Origin: Gemmatimonadota bacterium
GTDB lineage: Bacteria; Latescibacterota; UBA2968; UBA8231
Reading direction: 5' to 3'
Length of the DNA stretch: 64,000 nucleotides
Assembly: GCA_038153405.1 (NCBI GenBank)
Contig: JAYOYH010000010.1
Location: 1 to 64,000 of the forward strand
Shown here: in pieces, positions 1 through 9,933 of the stretch
How the letters are laid out: each line of letters begins with the position of its first letter
How positions within the stretch are numbered: the first letter of the stretch is position 1
The notes under the pieces: model-generated
Database searches by the model: none
Seen by the model: only the letters and a program-made list of their open reading frames with translations
Told to the model about the DNA's origin: nothing
Made by a program: the position numbers and the translations under genes

Positions 1-777
1 CATCAGGCCTTCGACCAGCGTCGTCTCACCGCCCAATACCAAGCGGCTATCCGGCTCGTCGCCCGATACGTCGCGGCGCACATACTGCACCGATACCAGC
101 GAAGAAGGGTTCAGTTGGTAGGCCACACCCACGTGCACGTCCATCGGCAGCTTGCCCGCATCCGAATCGCCCTGCACGCTGCCATAGGCCACGTTCGGCT
201 GGTTCAGATTCTTCAGCAGCAGACCAAACTGCGCGCCCTTCAGCGGGCTCTTCCACATCAGGCCCAAATCGACACCTACATTGCCCGCGCTCTGATTCGA
301 CAGCGGATCGGCCCGACCGTTATCGGCGGGGATATCGCCCACGCTCCAGAACAGATATTTCGCGTTCAGACCGAGGTTAAACGACTTGCCCAACTTGTAG
401 GCCAGCGAAAGGAAGGCGCCGTTTTCGCTCATCAGATCGGAGCCGATGCGCTCGTAGCCCAGCCCCAAGCCCAGTTTCGAACCCAGCGGCATCACATACG
501 ATACGACGTGCTGTCCCAGATCGTCTCCCTCAATGCCGCCGAAAAACAGCGACACATTCGTGTAGGCCAATTGCGCCCCTTCGATCTGGCCCAAGCCGGC
601 CGGATTGGCAAAAACGGCGTCGGCATCGTCGGCGATGGCTACGTAGCTATTGCCCAGCGCCGCCGAGCGCGCGCCGGCGCCCACGTTCTGGATGTTAACG
701 ACGGCGTCGGCGACCTGAGATGACAGGAACACAACGCTGGCTGCCGCCAAAACACTAAAAATCTTCGAAGTTTTCAT
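1..777 (-). CDS. PorV/PorQ-family (FadL-like) outer-membrane beta-barrel, 3' end outside the window
   Basis: Absent from the ORF track. Manual translation from ATG 777 (SD AAGGAGGAG upstream) is open to position 1: MKTSKIFSVLAAASVVFLSSQVADAVVNIQNVGAGARSAALGNSYVAIADDADAVFANPAGLGQIEG..., then amphipathic strands (LSLAYKLGKSFNLGLNAKY, GVDLGLMW, FGLLLKNLNQP, LPMDVHVGVAY). GARxxALG...DxxAxFxNPAGL is the PorV/PorQ-type N-terminal signature. Confidence 0.85.
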   Translation of the reverse strand, partial: MKTSKIFSVLAAASVVFLSSQVADAVVNIQNVGAGARSAALGNSYVAIADDADAVFANPAGLGQIEGAQLAYTNVSLFFGGIEGDDLGQHVVSYVMPLGSKLGLGLGYERIGSDLMSENGAFLSLAYKLGKSFNLGLNAKYLFWSVGDIPADNGRADPLSNQSAGNVGVDLGLMWKSPLKGAQFGLLLKNLNQPNVAYGSVQGDSDAGKLPMDVHVGVAYQLNPSSLVSVQYVRRDVSGDEPDSRLVLGGETTLVEGLM

Positions 778-810
778 CAGCCAACTCCTCCTTGCTGGTG
801 GCTCAAATCT

Positions 811-1551
811 CTAATCGACTTTGCTGAGCTTGATCGTGCCGTCGCTGTAGATGCGGCCGATATCTCGGACAAATTGGTATTCAATATTGGTGGTCTCGAC
901 CGGCTCGTTGCGAAAATCAAAGCGCAACACGACGTCGTGTATTTGCACGTCTATAGAAGCCACGTCGGGATGCAACGCGGGAAATACTACGAAGCCTTCT
1001 GCTTCTTGGCCACTAAAAATTTCTTCGTTCTTTAGCATGGTGCGGCGCAGCAGGTCGCGACGCTCCTGATAGCGGGCGTATTCATTGCCCCTATACCCAA
1101 TGGCATAGGGCCTGTAGTACGTGTCGAGCTGCTCAAAGCTCAAGCTCCAATACTCGCGCTTATTGCTGGCCTTGATAACGATCTTGCTGGGATCAATCTT
1201 GACTTTGGGATAAGCGTAGTTTTTAACGCTCAACTTAAACACGGCAAAGCGCTGCTTCTCTTTGTTCGAACCCCAGAAAACCGAATTGCCAAACGTATAG
1301 GGATTGGTCGACTTGGGGCCAGCCTGCGAGTTGTTGAAAAACTGTCGATTCAGTTCTTCGTCGGTCATGGGCTTCAGGTTCACTTCAAAGCGATCCTGAG
1401 CAAACGTAACCGTGCCATCGTCAGCAACGGTCATAGCGGCAGACTGATCCTCATTGGGACGCAGAGGGCCAGTGTAGTAGTGATAGCCACACCCCGAAAG
1501 CGAAGTGATTGCTATCAGTGCGGCGATAAACAATCTGTGTGATGTGCTCAA
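811..1551 (-). CDS. Lipoprotein of unknown function, paralog of 29570-30334
   Basis: Lipobox LSGC; shares VADDGxV, PMTDEELNRQF, NPYTFGNS, YPKVxxDPxK and IFSxQExEG with the paralog. TTG start. Confidence 0.8.
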   Translation of the reverse strand: MSTSHRLFIAALIAITSLSGCGYHYYTGPLRPNEDQSAAMTVADDGTVTFAQDRFEVNLKPMTDEELNRQFFNNSQAGPKSTNPYTFGNSVFWGSNKEKQRFAVFKLSVKNYAYPKVKIDPSKIVIKASNKREYWSLSFEQLDTYYRPYAIGYRGNEYARYQERRDLLRRTMLKNEEIFSGQEAEGFVVFPALHPDVASIDVQIHDVVLRFDFRNEPVETTNIEYQFVRDIGRIYSDGTIKLSKVD

Positions 1552-1554
1552 GAA

Positions 1555-2496
1555 TCAATTCCCCGCTGTTGTGTGTTTCTTAACTGCGCCCCAGGAGCGC
1601 TGCTCAACGACAGTCGGAACAAAGATACCCTCTAAGGGCATCAGCATCAAATCGGCGAAGCGCTCCGAAAAACGGTAGGAGTTTAACTCGCCAGACAGCG
1701 ACCACTTTGCATCGAGTAAATCCGACTGGATATCAAAGTCGTTAAACTCGACGTTGAAACCGATGATCTCCGATTCCTGCAGCCGGTGCTCAACGCTCAA
1801 GAAGGAAGCGCTGACGTCAATCCGATCAAAGGGAACCAGTGACATCTCGTATCGGACGATGCCCCGTCCGTTCTCCTGCCCTTCGTAAACCACGGCCGCT
1901 TCAGTGTAGGGGCCATCGGCCAGCGCATACCACGCAGCGGCCGAATAGTTGACGAAAAAGTCTTCATCGGGCGGAGGACCAGCCAACACAAAGTGGCTGG
2001 CCTGCGTGCCGTTTACTTTGGCCTGCTCTTCGGGTGACAGTTCCGAAAAGTTGGCGAACTGACCGCCCGAGTGATCCGCATCGACGAATACTTCCAGCGC
2101 ATCGTCCAAAAAGATGCGCGTCGACGCGGTGCCTGCAGGCCGGTCGATCTGGTGTATATCATCGCTCACCTGCGCGGCGATATACAGCCTATTCTGCTCT
2201 TTGCTCCACCCCACGAACAGAGTCGCAGAAAAATCCTCGACATCTGTTTGACTTCCGCCGATCAGGTCGTGCAAATCGTCGGAAGTAATCCGATATGCAT
2301 CCCCGACGAGCCTCCAGTCGTCCAACTGGCCATCGACGGCGGGCTCAAAACCGGCGGGAAACTGAAACGCCTTGAAAACCTCCCCGCTCGGCGCATGCGC
2401 CCAACTGGGGACAGCTCCTGCAACAAAACAGATCAAAACCGCTGCGCGCACGGTTTTTACAACCGCACAGCACGCGCCGTAGTACTTTTCAAGCAT
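1555..2496 (-). CDS. Secreted CBM9/DOMON-like sugar-binding protein with C-terminal WGxxK tail
   Basis: Signal peptide ending SWA-H; VDGQLDDW, GWSKEQNRLYIAAQVSDD, DALEVFVDAD, IIGFNVEFNDFD resemble CBM9/DOMON-like domains; tail PTVVEQRSWGAVKK. Paralog of 39174-40079. Confidence 0.7.
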   Translation of the reverse strand: MLEKYYGACCAVVKTVRAAVLICFVAGAVPSWAHAPSGEVFKAFQFPAGFEPAVDGQLDDWRLVGDAYRITSDDLHDLIGGSQTDVEDFSATLFVGWSKEQNRLYIAAQVSDDIHQIDRPAGTASTRIFLDDALEVFVDADHSGGQFANFSELSPEEQAKVNGTQASHFVLAGPPPDEDFFVNYSAAAWYALADGPYTEAAVVYEGQENGRGIVRYEMSLVPFDRIDVSASFLSVEHRLQESEIIGFNVEFNDFDIQSDLLDAKWSLSGELNSYRFSERFADLMLMPLEGIFVPTVVEQRSWGAVKKHTTAGN

Positions 2497-2507
2497 TATT
2501 GCGCTGT

Positions 2508-2536
2508 ATGATAACTAATGGCTCTGGGCGTGTCAA
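2508..2536 (-). promoter_or_regulatory. Sigma70-type promoter TTGACA-N17-TATCAT
   Basis: Minus strand: TTGACA (2536-2531), 17-nt spacer, TATCAT (2513-2508), directly upstream of 1555-2496. Confidence 0.75.
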
Positions 2537-2686
2537 GCCATAAATAAATAGGATTAATAGCATGTTTTTTAAATAAAAGGGTTAACCTTGCTCGAGACAA
2601 ATACGCCCACTGAGCCCGCTGCCAAACGGACGCGCTGCCCTTAACGATTGGTGCTGAAAAACGCCCCGAAGCGGGACCGTGTCCCC

Positions 2687-5320
2687 CTACTCAACGCCGG
2701 CGTATACGGCGACAAAACTGCGCGTCCGCGTCTCGACCTCGTCGAATTCAAACTGGCGGCGGGCCAGTTCGAACCCTATAGTCGTCGTCAACTTGTATCC
2801 CTGGTACTCCGATAAATTGCTCAACTGCACCGTATTTACCAACCCGTGGAAGCTGTCTTCGCCTCCCGGCGGCGTGGGATCGAGCAGTTGGCTGAATATT
2901 TCGTATTCGATGCCCCACTCCACCGAACTGCTGCGCAAAAAGGGAAATCGCACGAGAAACGAGAAAAACTGGTCCCACTCTCGGCGTTTGGGCACGGAGC
3001 GCCTTACGTCGGCCTGATGGCGGTACTCGCTCTTCCAGCGCGGAACCCACGTTGTATTTAGCCAGTTCAGCTTGTATTCGACCTTGTCGATCAGCCCTAA
3101 AAAATAGGCGCGTTCGCGCTGGTCGCGCAGGGCCAACTCTATGGCATCATCCTGCTGCAGGTACAGTTGCCACTTCAGTTTATTTTCCCACCGCAACCCG
3201 CGAATGCGCGTGAAGTCAAAGCCCACCCAGGTGGTGTTGATCCACGTATCCTGCGCGGCAAGTGGGTCGGTTATAAGGCGCATGCCACCGCGCGTGTTGG
3301 CCGGCTGCTGCCACTGGAAAAGATCGTCCGCTATTGTGTCTTTAACTCGTCTGATATCCTGAAAGAGCACCCACTGCCCCCAGCCGAACAGATCGACGTT
3401 GGCCGCGCCGATTAGATACGTCGCCCGATTTTTGCGCTTCGCCGAGATCTGCCGCAGGCGCTGCTGTCCGACGGTAACTCGGATATCGGGGCTAAGGTGA
3501 AATCCGCCATAGGCATTATAGCCCTTGAAATCGGGCTTGTAGGGCAGGTCGGCCTGTTCGTCGTTTTCGAATCGATCGATCCAACCGTTGTGGTTCATAT
3601 CCACGCCGTAGAGAAATTCGGGACGATCGGCGTGAAAGCGCAGGAACGGCTCTTCGTAATCGGGTATGAGGTTGGGGCTGTCTTCGTTGTCGTTCTGATT
3701 GAAGTCCGAAATAAAGTCGTTGTTTTCATCCCAGCCCGGAAAGACTTCGCGGTCACCGGCCTCCCACCCCTTGCGGCGCCAATCGGGCTGGCGATCTTGG
3801 TCATCGTTGTCTTCGACGAATTCAAAGCGCAGAAAGTCGTTATCGAAATCGACCTGGCCGTTATTCCGGTCGACTACATACATATGCGTGGCGTAGCGCG
3901 GGCTAGTATCGAAAGCCTCGCCAAAAAAGAAGAACGGATACCGCGTGCGGGAAACGTTGAGCAACCAGGCCAGCGCCTCGTCTTCAGCCACCGCGTGGCG
4001 GTCGAGGCCGGGATTGGGATATTGGCGAAACTGGCGGTTCACGTTGACTTCCATATAGCTGCGGAAACCGGCCAGATCGTCGACCTCCAGCGTGAAACCA
4101 GCAATTTGGTTGGCGGTGGGAATACCGTAGTCAAAAGCGATGACGCGCTGGTTAGAATTGTCTTTTACATTGCCTGCAGCGCGTGCCAGAGGCAAGAAGG
4201 TTCCCTGCTGATCGGAGGCAATTTCAATGCGGTAGTCGTTGGCGATAACCAATTCGATACTCACGCGTTCGATAGCGGCGATATCGGGGCCTATATAGGT
4301 GCGATCGTTGAAGTCGTAGCTAATGTCAATAATCTCGCTGCCATCGGCTGCCAAGTAGCCGCGGCGCTGAAAGCCACCTTCGATCAAGGGGCGAAAACCG
4401 ATTTCGCTCCCCCGCGTCTGCTTGCCGTCCAGGTCGTAGATGAGAATATCGGTGGCAAAGAGCGCGCCGCCGCCCGTGCCGTCTTCTGGAGAATCGTCGC
4501 TTATGCGCACGTCGATGCGCGAAATGCTGGCAAAGTTCTGCGGTCCGGTGAGCGCGCCTTTGAACATATCGCCGCCAAACGATTCGAGCTGCGTGTAGGC
4601 CTGGTGCGCGTTGACAAAAGTGCCGCCGACCTTGGCAAAGTCGCCCATCTGCACTTCTATGCGACCGCCTATCAAATTGGTATTGTCCGTTTGTTGGCTC
4701 GGATTGGCGCCCGAGATGCCGGGCTCGCTTATGCGCGACATAATCAGCGTACCGGCGTATTTATCGGACATAAAGTCCCACTGCAGGCCATCGAAGAGTG
4801 GCTTGGAAAACGTCATCGGCGTAAGCGACGAGCGAATCTGGCTGCCGATGGTGATGGCATAGTGATACTGGCCCTTGTGGTCGGAAGCGATGACGAGATT
4901 GGAAAACCACGAGCTAAAGCGCCCAGACTTTTCGACCATCGAACCAAAGGGCTGGGGATTTTCCTGACGCCAATCGTAGATGAGCCAGCCGTGCATCAGG
5001 TAATTGCCGTATATGTCGTAGAAGTAGTCGCCTTCAAGCGCCGTCGAAACATAGCGCTGGTATAGCTGGTTGGCGTAGTTGGTATACTCGCGTGAATTCC
5101 ACCCGTACTCGGCGTAGAGTTCCTGCGGAACGTACCACTTGCGCACGACCGGATCGAGCGCATCAAAGAGAATGCCCGGACCCGTGGGCTCAAACGAGAC
5201 TTTGCCCCCGCGCTTCACCGTGCCGAGTCGAGCGCCGTATTCCTGTGCACTGGCACCTGCGCTACACAAAACGGCCAGCAGCAGCACGGCTCTGATTACC
5301 CTTTCTAACATATTCACCAA
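2687..5320 (-). CDS. Large exported protein, putative outer-membrane beta-barrel with Asp-rich Ca-binding loops (copy 1 of 3)
   Basis: Signal peptide ASA-Q; family motifs KWYVPQEL, LTPMTFSKP, DDSPEDG, DNDDQDRQPDW, PDYEEPFLRF, DMNHNGWIDRFEND; amphipathic strands at the C-terminus ending FVAVYAGVE. Start could be 5320, 5317 or 5311. Confidence 0.7.
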   Translation of the reverse strand: MVNMLERVIRAVLLLAVLCSAGASAQEYGARLGTVKRGGKVSFEPTGPGILFDALDPVVRKWYVPQELYAEYGWNSREYTNYANQLYQRYVSTALEGDYFYDIYGNYLMHGWLIYDWRQENPQPFGSMVEKSGRFSSWFSNLVIASDHKGQYHYAITIGSQIRSSLTPMTFSKPLFDGLQWDFMSDKYAGTLIMSRISEPGISGANPSQQTDNTNLIGGRIEVQMGDFAKVGGTFVNAHQAYTQLESFGGDMFKGALTGPQNFASISRIDVRISDDSPEDGTGGGALFATDILIYDLDGKQTRGSEIGFRPLIEGGFQRRGYLAADGSEIIDISYDFNDRTYIGPDIAAIERVSIELVIANDYRIEIASDQQGTFLPLARAAGNVKDNSNQRVIAFDYGIPTANQIAGFTLEVDDLAGFRSYMEVNVNRQFRQYPNPGLDRHAVAEDEALAWLLNVSRTRYPFFFFGEAFDTSPRYATHMYVVDRNNGQVDFDNDFLRFEFVEDNDDQDRQPDWRRKGWEAGDREVFPGWDENNDFISDFNQNDNEDSPNLIPDYEEPFLRFHADRPEFLYGVDMNHNGWIDRFENDEQADLPYKPDFKGYNAYGGFHLSPDIRVTVGQQRLRQISAKRKNRATYLIGAANVDLFGWGQWVLFQDIRRVKDTIADDLFQWQQPANTRGGMRLITDPLAAQDTWINTTWVGFDFTRIRGLRWENKLKWQLYLQQDDAIELALRDQRERAYFLGLIDKVEYKLNWLNTTWVPRWKSEYRHQADVRRSVPKRREWDQFFSFLVRFPFLRSSSVEWGIEYEIFSQLLDPTPPGGEDSFHGLVNTVQLSNLSEYQGYKLTTTIGFELARRQFEFDEVETRTRSFVAVYAGVE

Positions 5321-5334
5321 TTCGCGGAAACCTC

Positions 5335-7260
5335 TTAGTAGGCTATGGCTATAGTGCCCGTATGAACTTCTTCAAAGGCGTCGGCGCGTATGCGCATGAC
5401 CCAGATATAGGAACCGGGCACTAGGCCCTTGCCATCTGCCCCACGGCCATCCCAGCGCTTTTCGACCGGACCGATGCGGTGTTCATCGGAAAATACCGTA
5501 TGCACTTTGCGCCCGGCCAAATCGTAGATCTCCAGCACTACGGGGGTTGGCAGCGTTAGCTGCAGCAAGTTGAAAAAAATGTCGAGCTCGTCGTTGACGC
5601 CGTCGCCGTTGGGCGTCAACACTCGAGTGGAAAAGAGGATTTGGCCGACGAGCTTTCCAACCTGCGCTTGGGGAATGGCCACCGCTAAGCTAGCCAATTC
5701 GTCGCTGTCCTCAGGGCCAAACGATACGGCGTTGCCCGCTTCGAGGATCTGCGGCACGGACGGCCAGCGACTGTTGTAGGCGCGCCCAGAAAAGGTCGAG
5801 CCAAAGCGAAAAATAGGCAGATCAAATGTGAACTCCAGCAGATCGCCGTCGCCGTCGATCAGGGGAAAGGACAGCACGAAGCGATCCTCGTTATTGGCCA
5901 CGACGTCGAAGTCGACCGCTTCGCCATTGATGCGCAGGTTGCGAATGGCCGACACCTCGATATTGGTGTCGACTTCCAACCGATCGTAACCGCGCACGCT
6001 GCCGTTGGCCTTGAGCAGCACGGCGTAGTTAAAGCTAGCCGCTTTTTCGGCTTCGGCCAGACGCGGAAACACCTCCGCGCGCAGGGTGTCGGCGATGGGA
6101 GGCTGCAGGTAGTCAAACTGCAGGCGGGCCACCTGCCGCGCATCGAATATGCGGCCGTTGAAGTCGAAGCGGAACTGCACGTAGCGCCGCGGACCCGGTG
6201 CCGTAATTAGCTGGCCATTCTCGGCCGACTTCCACGGGCTCCAATGCTCTTCGTCCTCTATGAGCGGCCCTCTGTTGAGGCGATCCAGCTGGTAGTAGTC
6301 CGCTCCGGGTACTTCAATTACAAAGGGATCGCCGAACTCGCCCACCCCCTTGCGCTGGTAGACGACGGGGGTGTCGTCTAGACCGGTGCGAACTCGCACG
6401 CCGAGTGCGGAAAAGGCTGCCTCACCGACGGATTCCTCGATCCAGCGCACCCGACCAATCGTCGCCCGATCGCCCAGATCGATTAGATCGGTGAGGTAGC
6501 GCGCTTCGCTCAAATAACCCGTGCCATAGACCTCGACTTCATCGATCTCAAACGGCGTCGAAGACAGCGAGCGCACCTTGATAAGGCGCACGTACTGCGG
6601 TGGAACGTTCACGTCTACAATGGGCGACTCATTTTTTTCGTCGCGTGCGACCAATTCGTCGGGGGCATTCTGCGCCGTATTGGTCTGGCGATCGTTAATC
6701 CACACCTCGTATCCGCGCATAAAGTAGTCCTGGAACGGTGCGTTGGGCGTGGGCACCACCGTATTGCGCGGATAGAAGCGCACGCGGTGAATGCCCACCG
6801 GCATGCCAAAATCGAGGATAACTAAAATTCCGCGCGCATTGGCCTCTGGATTGGACAGCGTTGGCTTGCGCTCAAAGGCCACGTTGTGATCGCCGTTGAC
6901 CGTTCCCTCTAGCTGCAAGCGGCGCACCGCGCTGGAAATCAGCAACGAGTTGGGTGCCGTAATGCTGCCGCGGTCCAGCAAGACGCGCGATGCGATATTT
7001 TCCTCCAGTTCAAAAAAGCGCGGGCTAATCCATCCGGGGCGCTGCAGAAAGTCGATAGCATCTTCGGGCGTGTTAGTCGTATCCACTCGGCCGATAGCCG
7101 AGTCGCGCACGAGAATCTCCGGATCGATGCTACCGCCCCCTTCGCTCCAAGGCCGACCGCCCAAGCCAAGAGTAAACGTGCGCACGGACTGGCCGCTGGC
7201 CGGCGATATGCCCAGCGCCGCGCCGACGAGGATCAGTAGGATAAGCCGCTGCCATCGCAT
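5335..7260 (-). CDS. Secreted discoidin/galactose-binding-like protein with FlgD-Ig/CHU_C-like C-terminal domain
   Basis: Signal peptide; LDFGMPVGIHRVRFYPR, EIDEVEVYGTGY, WSPW...PGPRRYVQFR; C-terminus TPNGDGVND...IYDLAGR...WDGRG...PGSY...IAIAY. Confidence 0.75.
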   Translation of the reverse strand: MRWQRLILLILVGAALGISPASGQSVRTFTLGLGGRPWSEGGGSIDPEILVRDSAIGRVDTTNTPEDAIDFLQRPGWISPRFFELEENIASRVLLDRGSITAPNSLLISSAVRRLQLEGTVNGDHNVAFERKPTLSNPEANARGILVILDFGMPVGIHRVRFYPRNTVVPTPNAPFQDYFMRGYEVWINDRQTNTAQNAPDELVARDEKNESPIVDVNVPPQYVRLIKVRSLSSTPFEIDEVEVYGTGYLSEARYLTDLIDLGDRATIGRVRWIEESVGEAAFSALGVRVRTGLDDTPVVYQRKGVGEFGDPFVIEVPGADYYQLDRLNRGPLIEDEEHWSPWKSAENGQLITAPGPRRYVQFRFDFNGRIFDARQVARLQFDYLQPPIADTLRAEVFPRLAEAEKAASFNYAVLLKANGSVRGYDRLEVDTNIEVSAIRNLRINGEAVDFDVVANNEDRFVLSFPLIDGDGDLLEFTFDLPIFRFGSTFSGRAYNSRWPSVPQILEAGNAVSFGPEDSDELASLAVAIPQAQVGKLVGQILFSTRVLTPNGDGVNDELDIFFNLLQLTLPTPVVLEIYDLAGRKVHTVFSDEHRIGPVEKRWDGRGADGKGLVPGSYIWVMRIRADAFEEVHTGTIAIAY

Positions 7261-7263
7261 GGA

Positions 7264-9933
7264 TCAGAGACCCGCGTTAACCGTGAGAAAGAACAGGCTG
7301 GAGCGCTCGTCGTCGCCGCCGTCGAGATGGCGGTTGCCCAAACGAACCCCTGTGCGCAGGACGAGTTGGTATCCCATATAGCCGACCTTATTGGTAAGCT
7401 GTCCAACCCACGTCCAGCTGCGCGAGCTTTCGCGCACCGCTTCGCTCTGGCCGTCGAGCAGGCTAAGCCGGCTCAGCTCGATGCCCACCTGCAGCTGCGT
7501 GTTGAACAGCTGGCGACCGTAGCGCGGAAAGTAGGCCACCCCTACCGACTCGGCCATGAGGGGCTGCGTCCAGATGAGGAACAGCGTTTGCTCGGCTATC
7601 GTCGTTTCTTCGAGCAGCGCACTAAAGGGTCGATCGCGGCGCACCTCACTCTTAACGCGCGGCTCTAAGACGGCCAGGCCGATGGGAATGCTCCACTCGC
7701 CCTTGTTTATTAGTCCGAGAAAACCGCTGCGATAGCGCCCCTCGCGCTCGCGCACCGATTCGGATTCATCGCGCTGCCATAGCCCTTCCCACTTAACGCG
7801 GTGCAAGAAGTGCGTACCATTCCACAACTCGTGCTCGAAGTCCAAGTAGAACGTATTCTGCCACGTATTGCGCAGCGGCAGCAGGTCGAATACCCTGCGC
7901 ATGCGCCCCAGCGCTCCGGCCGGCTGAGTCCACTGATTGATGTCGTCGGGAATGTCGTCGCGCACCACTTTGCCGAGTTCGAACAGGCGCAACAAACCCC
8001 AGCGATGGCGCCATGACCAAGCCCAGAAACCATACCAACTGCGCGTGCGCCCATCGCCGGAGAGACGCCGCATGTCCTGGCGACCTGCCAATAGCAACAT
8101 ATCGGGGCCAACGCGAGCGGATAGATAGGCGTTAAAACCGCGCAGATCGCGTTTGAAGGGATAGTCGGGCAGGTCGTCGTCCTCAAAGCGGTCAACCGTG
8201 CCGTTGTGATTCATATCAAAACCAAATAGGTACTCGGGCCGATCGGAGCGAAAGCGGAGAAACGGCTCGTCGTAGTCAGGCTGTAAATTGAGGTTTTGGT
8301 TGTGGTCAAATATGAAGTCGCCGTTCTCGTCGTAACCAGGCCAAACCGTCGCATTCCACGGCTGCAGCGGCCTTTCCCAGTCGGGCACGGCGTTGAAGTC
8401 ATCGTCGTCGTCGACAAACTCGTAGAGCTGAGGCACGCGGTCTTTATAGCGAATAGAACCGCTGGCCTCGGTCAACCAATAGTTTGTCGCATAGCTATCG
8501 TCAATAGAAAATCCCTCGGCGTAGAGCGCCCACGGATACCGCTTGTAGAGCGCTGTGCCATAGGCTGCCGACGCCTGCTGCACGGCGCGATAACCGCGGG
8601 GTATATTAGGGCTGGGATACTGCCCATAGCGCCGATTGACGACTAGCTCACCCATGGTCGAAAGCCCCTTCCAATCGCGCAAATCCCAGTTAAAACCAAT
8701 CAATTCGTTGGCGGTAGGCAGCGCGTAATCGAGGCGCAGCACCGTGCCGTTACTGCGATCCGTTACGTTGCCGCTCGCCCGATCAAAGGTGAGGAAAACG
8801 GGTTCGGGGTCGCTGCGGTCGCCGTCGGTTTGCAGATTCGATGCCATCTCTATTCGATAGTCGTTGGCCAGCGAAAGTTCGACGCGGGCGCGGCTGAGAT
8901 CGACGGAATTGATGCCCTCGTAGTCGAGCGACTCCAAGTCGTAGTGCAAAACGATGCGCTCTGCTCCGGAAGCCACTAGCGTGCTGCCCTCGGAGCGCCC
9001 CCCTTCGACAAAGGGCAAAAAGCCAATCTCGCTGCCGCGGATTTGGCTGCCGCTGGTGTCGGTCAAAACGATGTCGTACGAAAAGAGCGCCGGCCCGCCC
9101 GTTCCGTCGGCCGGCGAATCATCGCGCACGCTCACCCAGAGATCCTGTAGAGCCTGATTTTGATTGGTCGTTAGCACGCCGGCAAAGGGATTGCCGCTGG
9201 CAAAGTCTTCCTTGCTGCGCGCGTTGTGCGCGCTGACGTAGGTCAAGCCAAAGCGCAGGTTGTCCGTCGCATCCACATCGATGTGCCCTCCCATAAGATT
9301 GGTCACGTCGGTGCGCGAATCGCGATTGGGCTCACTAGGCCGCGACAGGATCATACTGGCCAGCAGACGATCGGTAGCGTAGTCCATGCGCATGCCGTTG
9401 AAGCGGGGCTTGTAGAAGGTGAGCGGCGTAAAGTTGGTGTATATCTGATCGCCGATCATCAGGCGATAGGTGCCGCGGCCGTCGCCGTCGCTAGCAATCA
9501 CCAAGCGGCTGAAAAAGCTGGAGTAGGTATCGCGCCGCTCGGGACTAGCGGGTCGCTTCATAATGACGCTTCCCTGCGATGCGGCCTGCGTCTGCGTCCA
9601 GCTGTAGACCAGCCACCCGCGACCGAGCGGCGACCCAAAGCTGTCGTACCACTCCGAGCCTTCCAGCAGCTGGGCGACATAGCGCCGATAGTCCCCTTCG
9701 GCATAGCGCGTCTCCTGCGCGTACCAGGGCTGCGCGTAGGTTTCGAAAAGATGGCGCGGAGCGTACCATTTGTGAATTTCGGGCAGGGCATATTCGACGC
9801 CAAAGCGCGGCGCGAACGCGGCGTCTACCCCCCCGCCCAGCGCCGGTCGTTCGGCCGGCAGGTACTGCGCATCGACCCGATGGCATAGCGCAACAAATGC
9901 GCAGAGAGCACCCACGTATAGCAACGACCGCAT
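7264..9933 (-). CDS. Large exported putative beta-barrel with Asp-rich loops (copy 2 of 3)
   Basis: Start reassigned to ATG 9933 (MRSLLYVGALCAF..., signal peptide VDA-Q), overlapping the upstream stop as TGATG. Motifs KWYAP, FTPLTFYKP, DDSPADG, PDYDEPFLRF, DMNHNGTVDRFEDD; ends FFLTVNAGL. Confidence 0.7.
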   Translation of the reverse strand: MRSLLYVGALCAFVALCHRVDAQYLPAERPALGGGVDAAFAPRFGVEYALPEIHKWYAPRHLFETYAQPWYAQETRYAEGDYRRYVAQLLEGSEWYDSFGSPLGRGWLVYSWTQTQAASQGSVIMKRPASPERRDTYSSFFSRLVIASDGDGRGTYRLMIGDQIYTNFTPLTFYKPRFNGMRMDYATDRLLASMILSRPSEPNRDSRTDVTNLMGGHIDVDATDNLRFGLTYVSAHNARSKEDFASGNPFAGVLTTNQNQALQDLWVSVRDDSPADGTGGPALFSYDIVLTDTSGSQIRGSEIGFLPFVEGGRSEGSTLVASGAERIVLHYDLESLDYEGINSVDLSRARVELSLANDYRIEMASNLQTDGDRSDPEPVFLTFDRASGNVTDRSNGTVLRLDYALPTANELIGFNWDLRDWKGLSTMGELVVNRRYGQYPSPNIPRGYRAVQQASAAYGTALYKRYPWALYAEGFSIDDSYATNYWLTEASGSIRYKDRVPQLYEFVDDDDDFNAVPDWERPLQPWNATVWPGYDENGDFIFDHNQNLNLQPDYDEPFLRFRSDRPEYLFGFDMNHNGTVDRFEDDDLPDYPFKRDLRGFNAYLSARVGPDMLLLAGRQDMRRLSGDGRTRSWYGFWAWSWRHRWGLLRLFELGKVVRDDIPDDINQWTQPAGALGRMRRVFDLLPLRNTWQNTFYLDFEHELWNGTHFLHRVKWEGLWQRDESESVREREGRYRSGFLGLINKGEWSIPIGLAVLEPRVKSEVRRDRPFSALLEETTIAEQTLFLIWTQPLMAESVGVAYFPRYGRQLFNTQLQVGIELSRLSLLDGQSEAVRESSRSWTWVGQLTNKVGYMGYQLVLRTGVRLGNRHLDGGDDERSSLFFLTVNAGL

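Noticed and set aside
3497..5065. 522 aa plus-strand ORF, and similar long antisense ORFs (115-723, 14865-15668, 39111-40067, 56100-56912)
   Set aside because: They lie opposite well-supported genes, show no motifs or SD, and are expected shadows of codon bias in GC-rich DNA.
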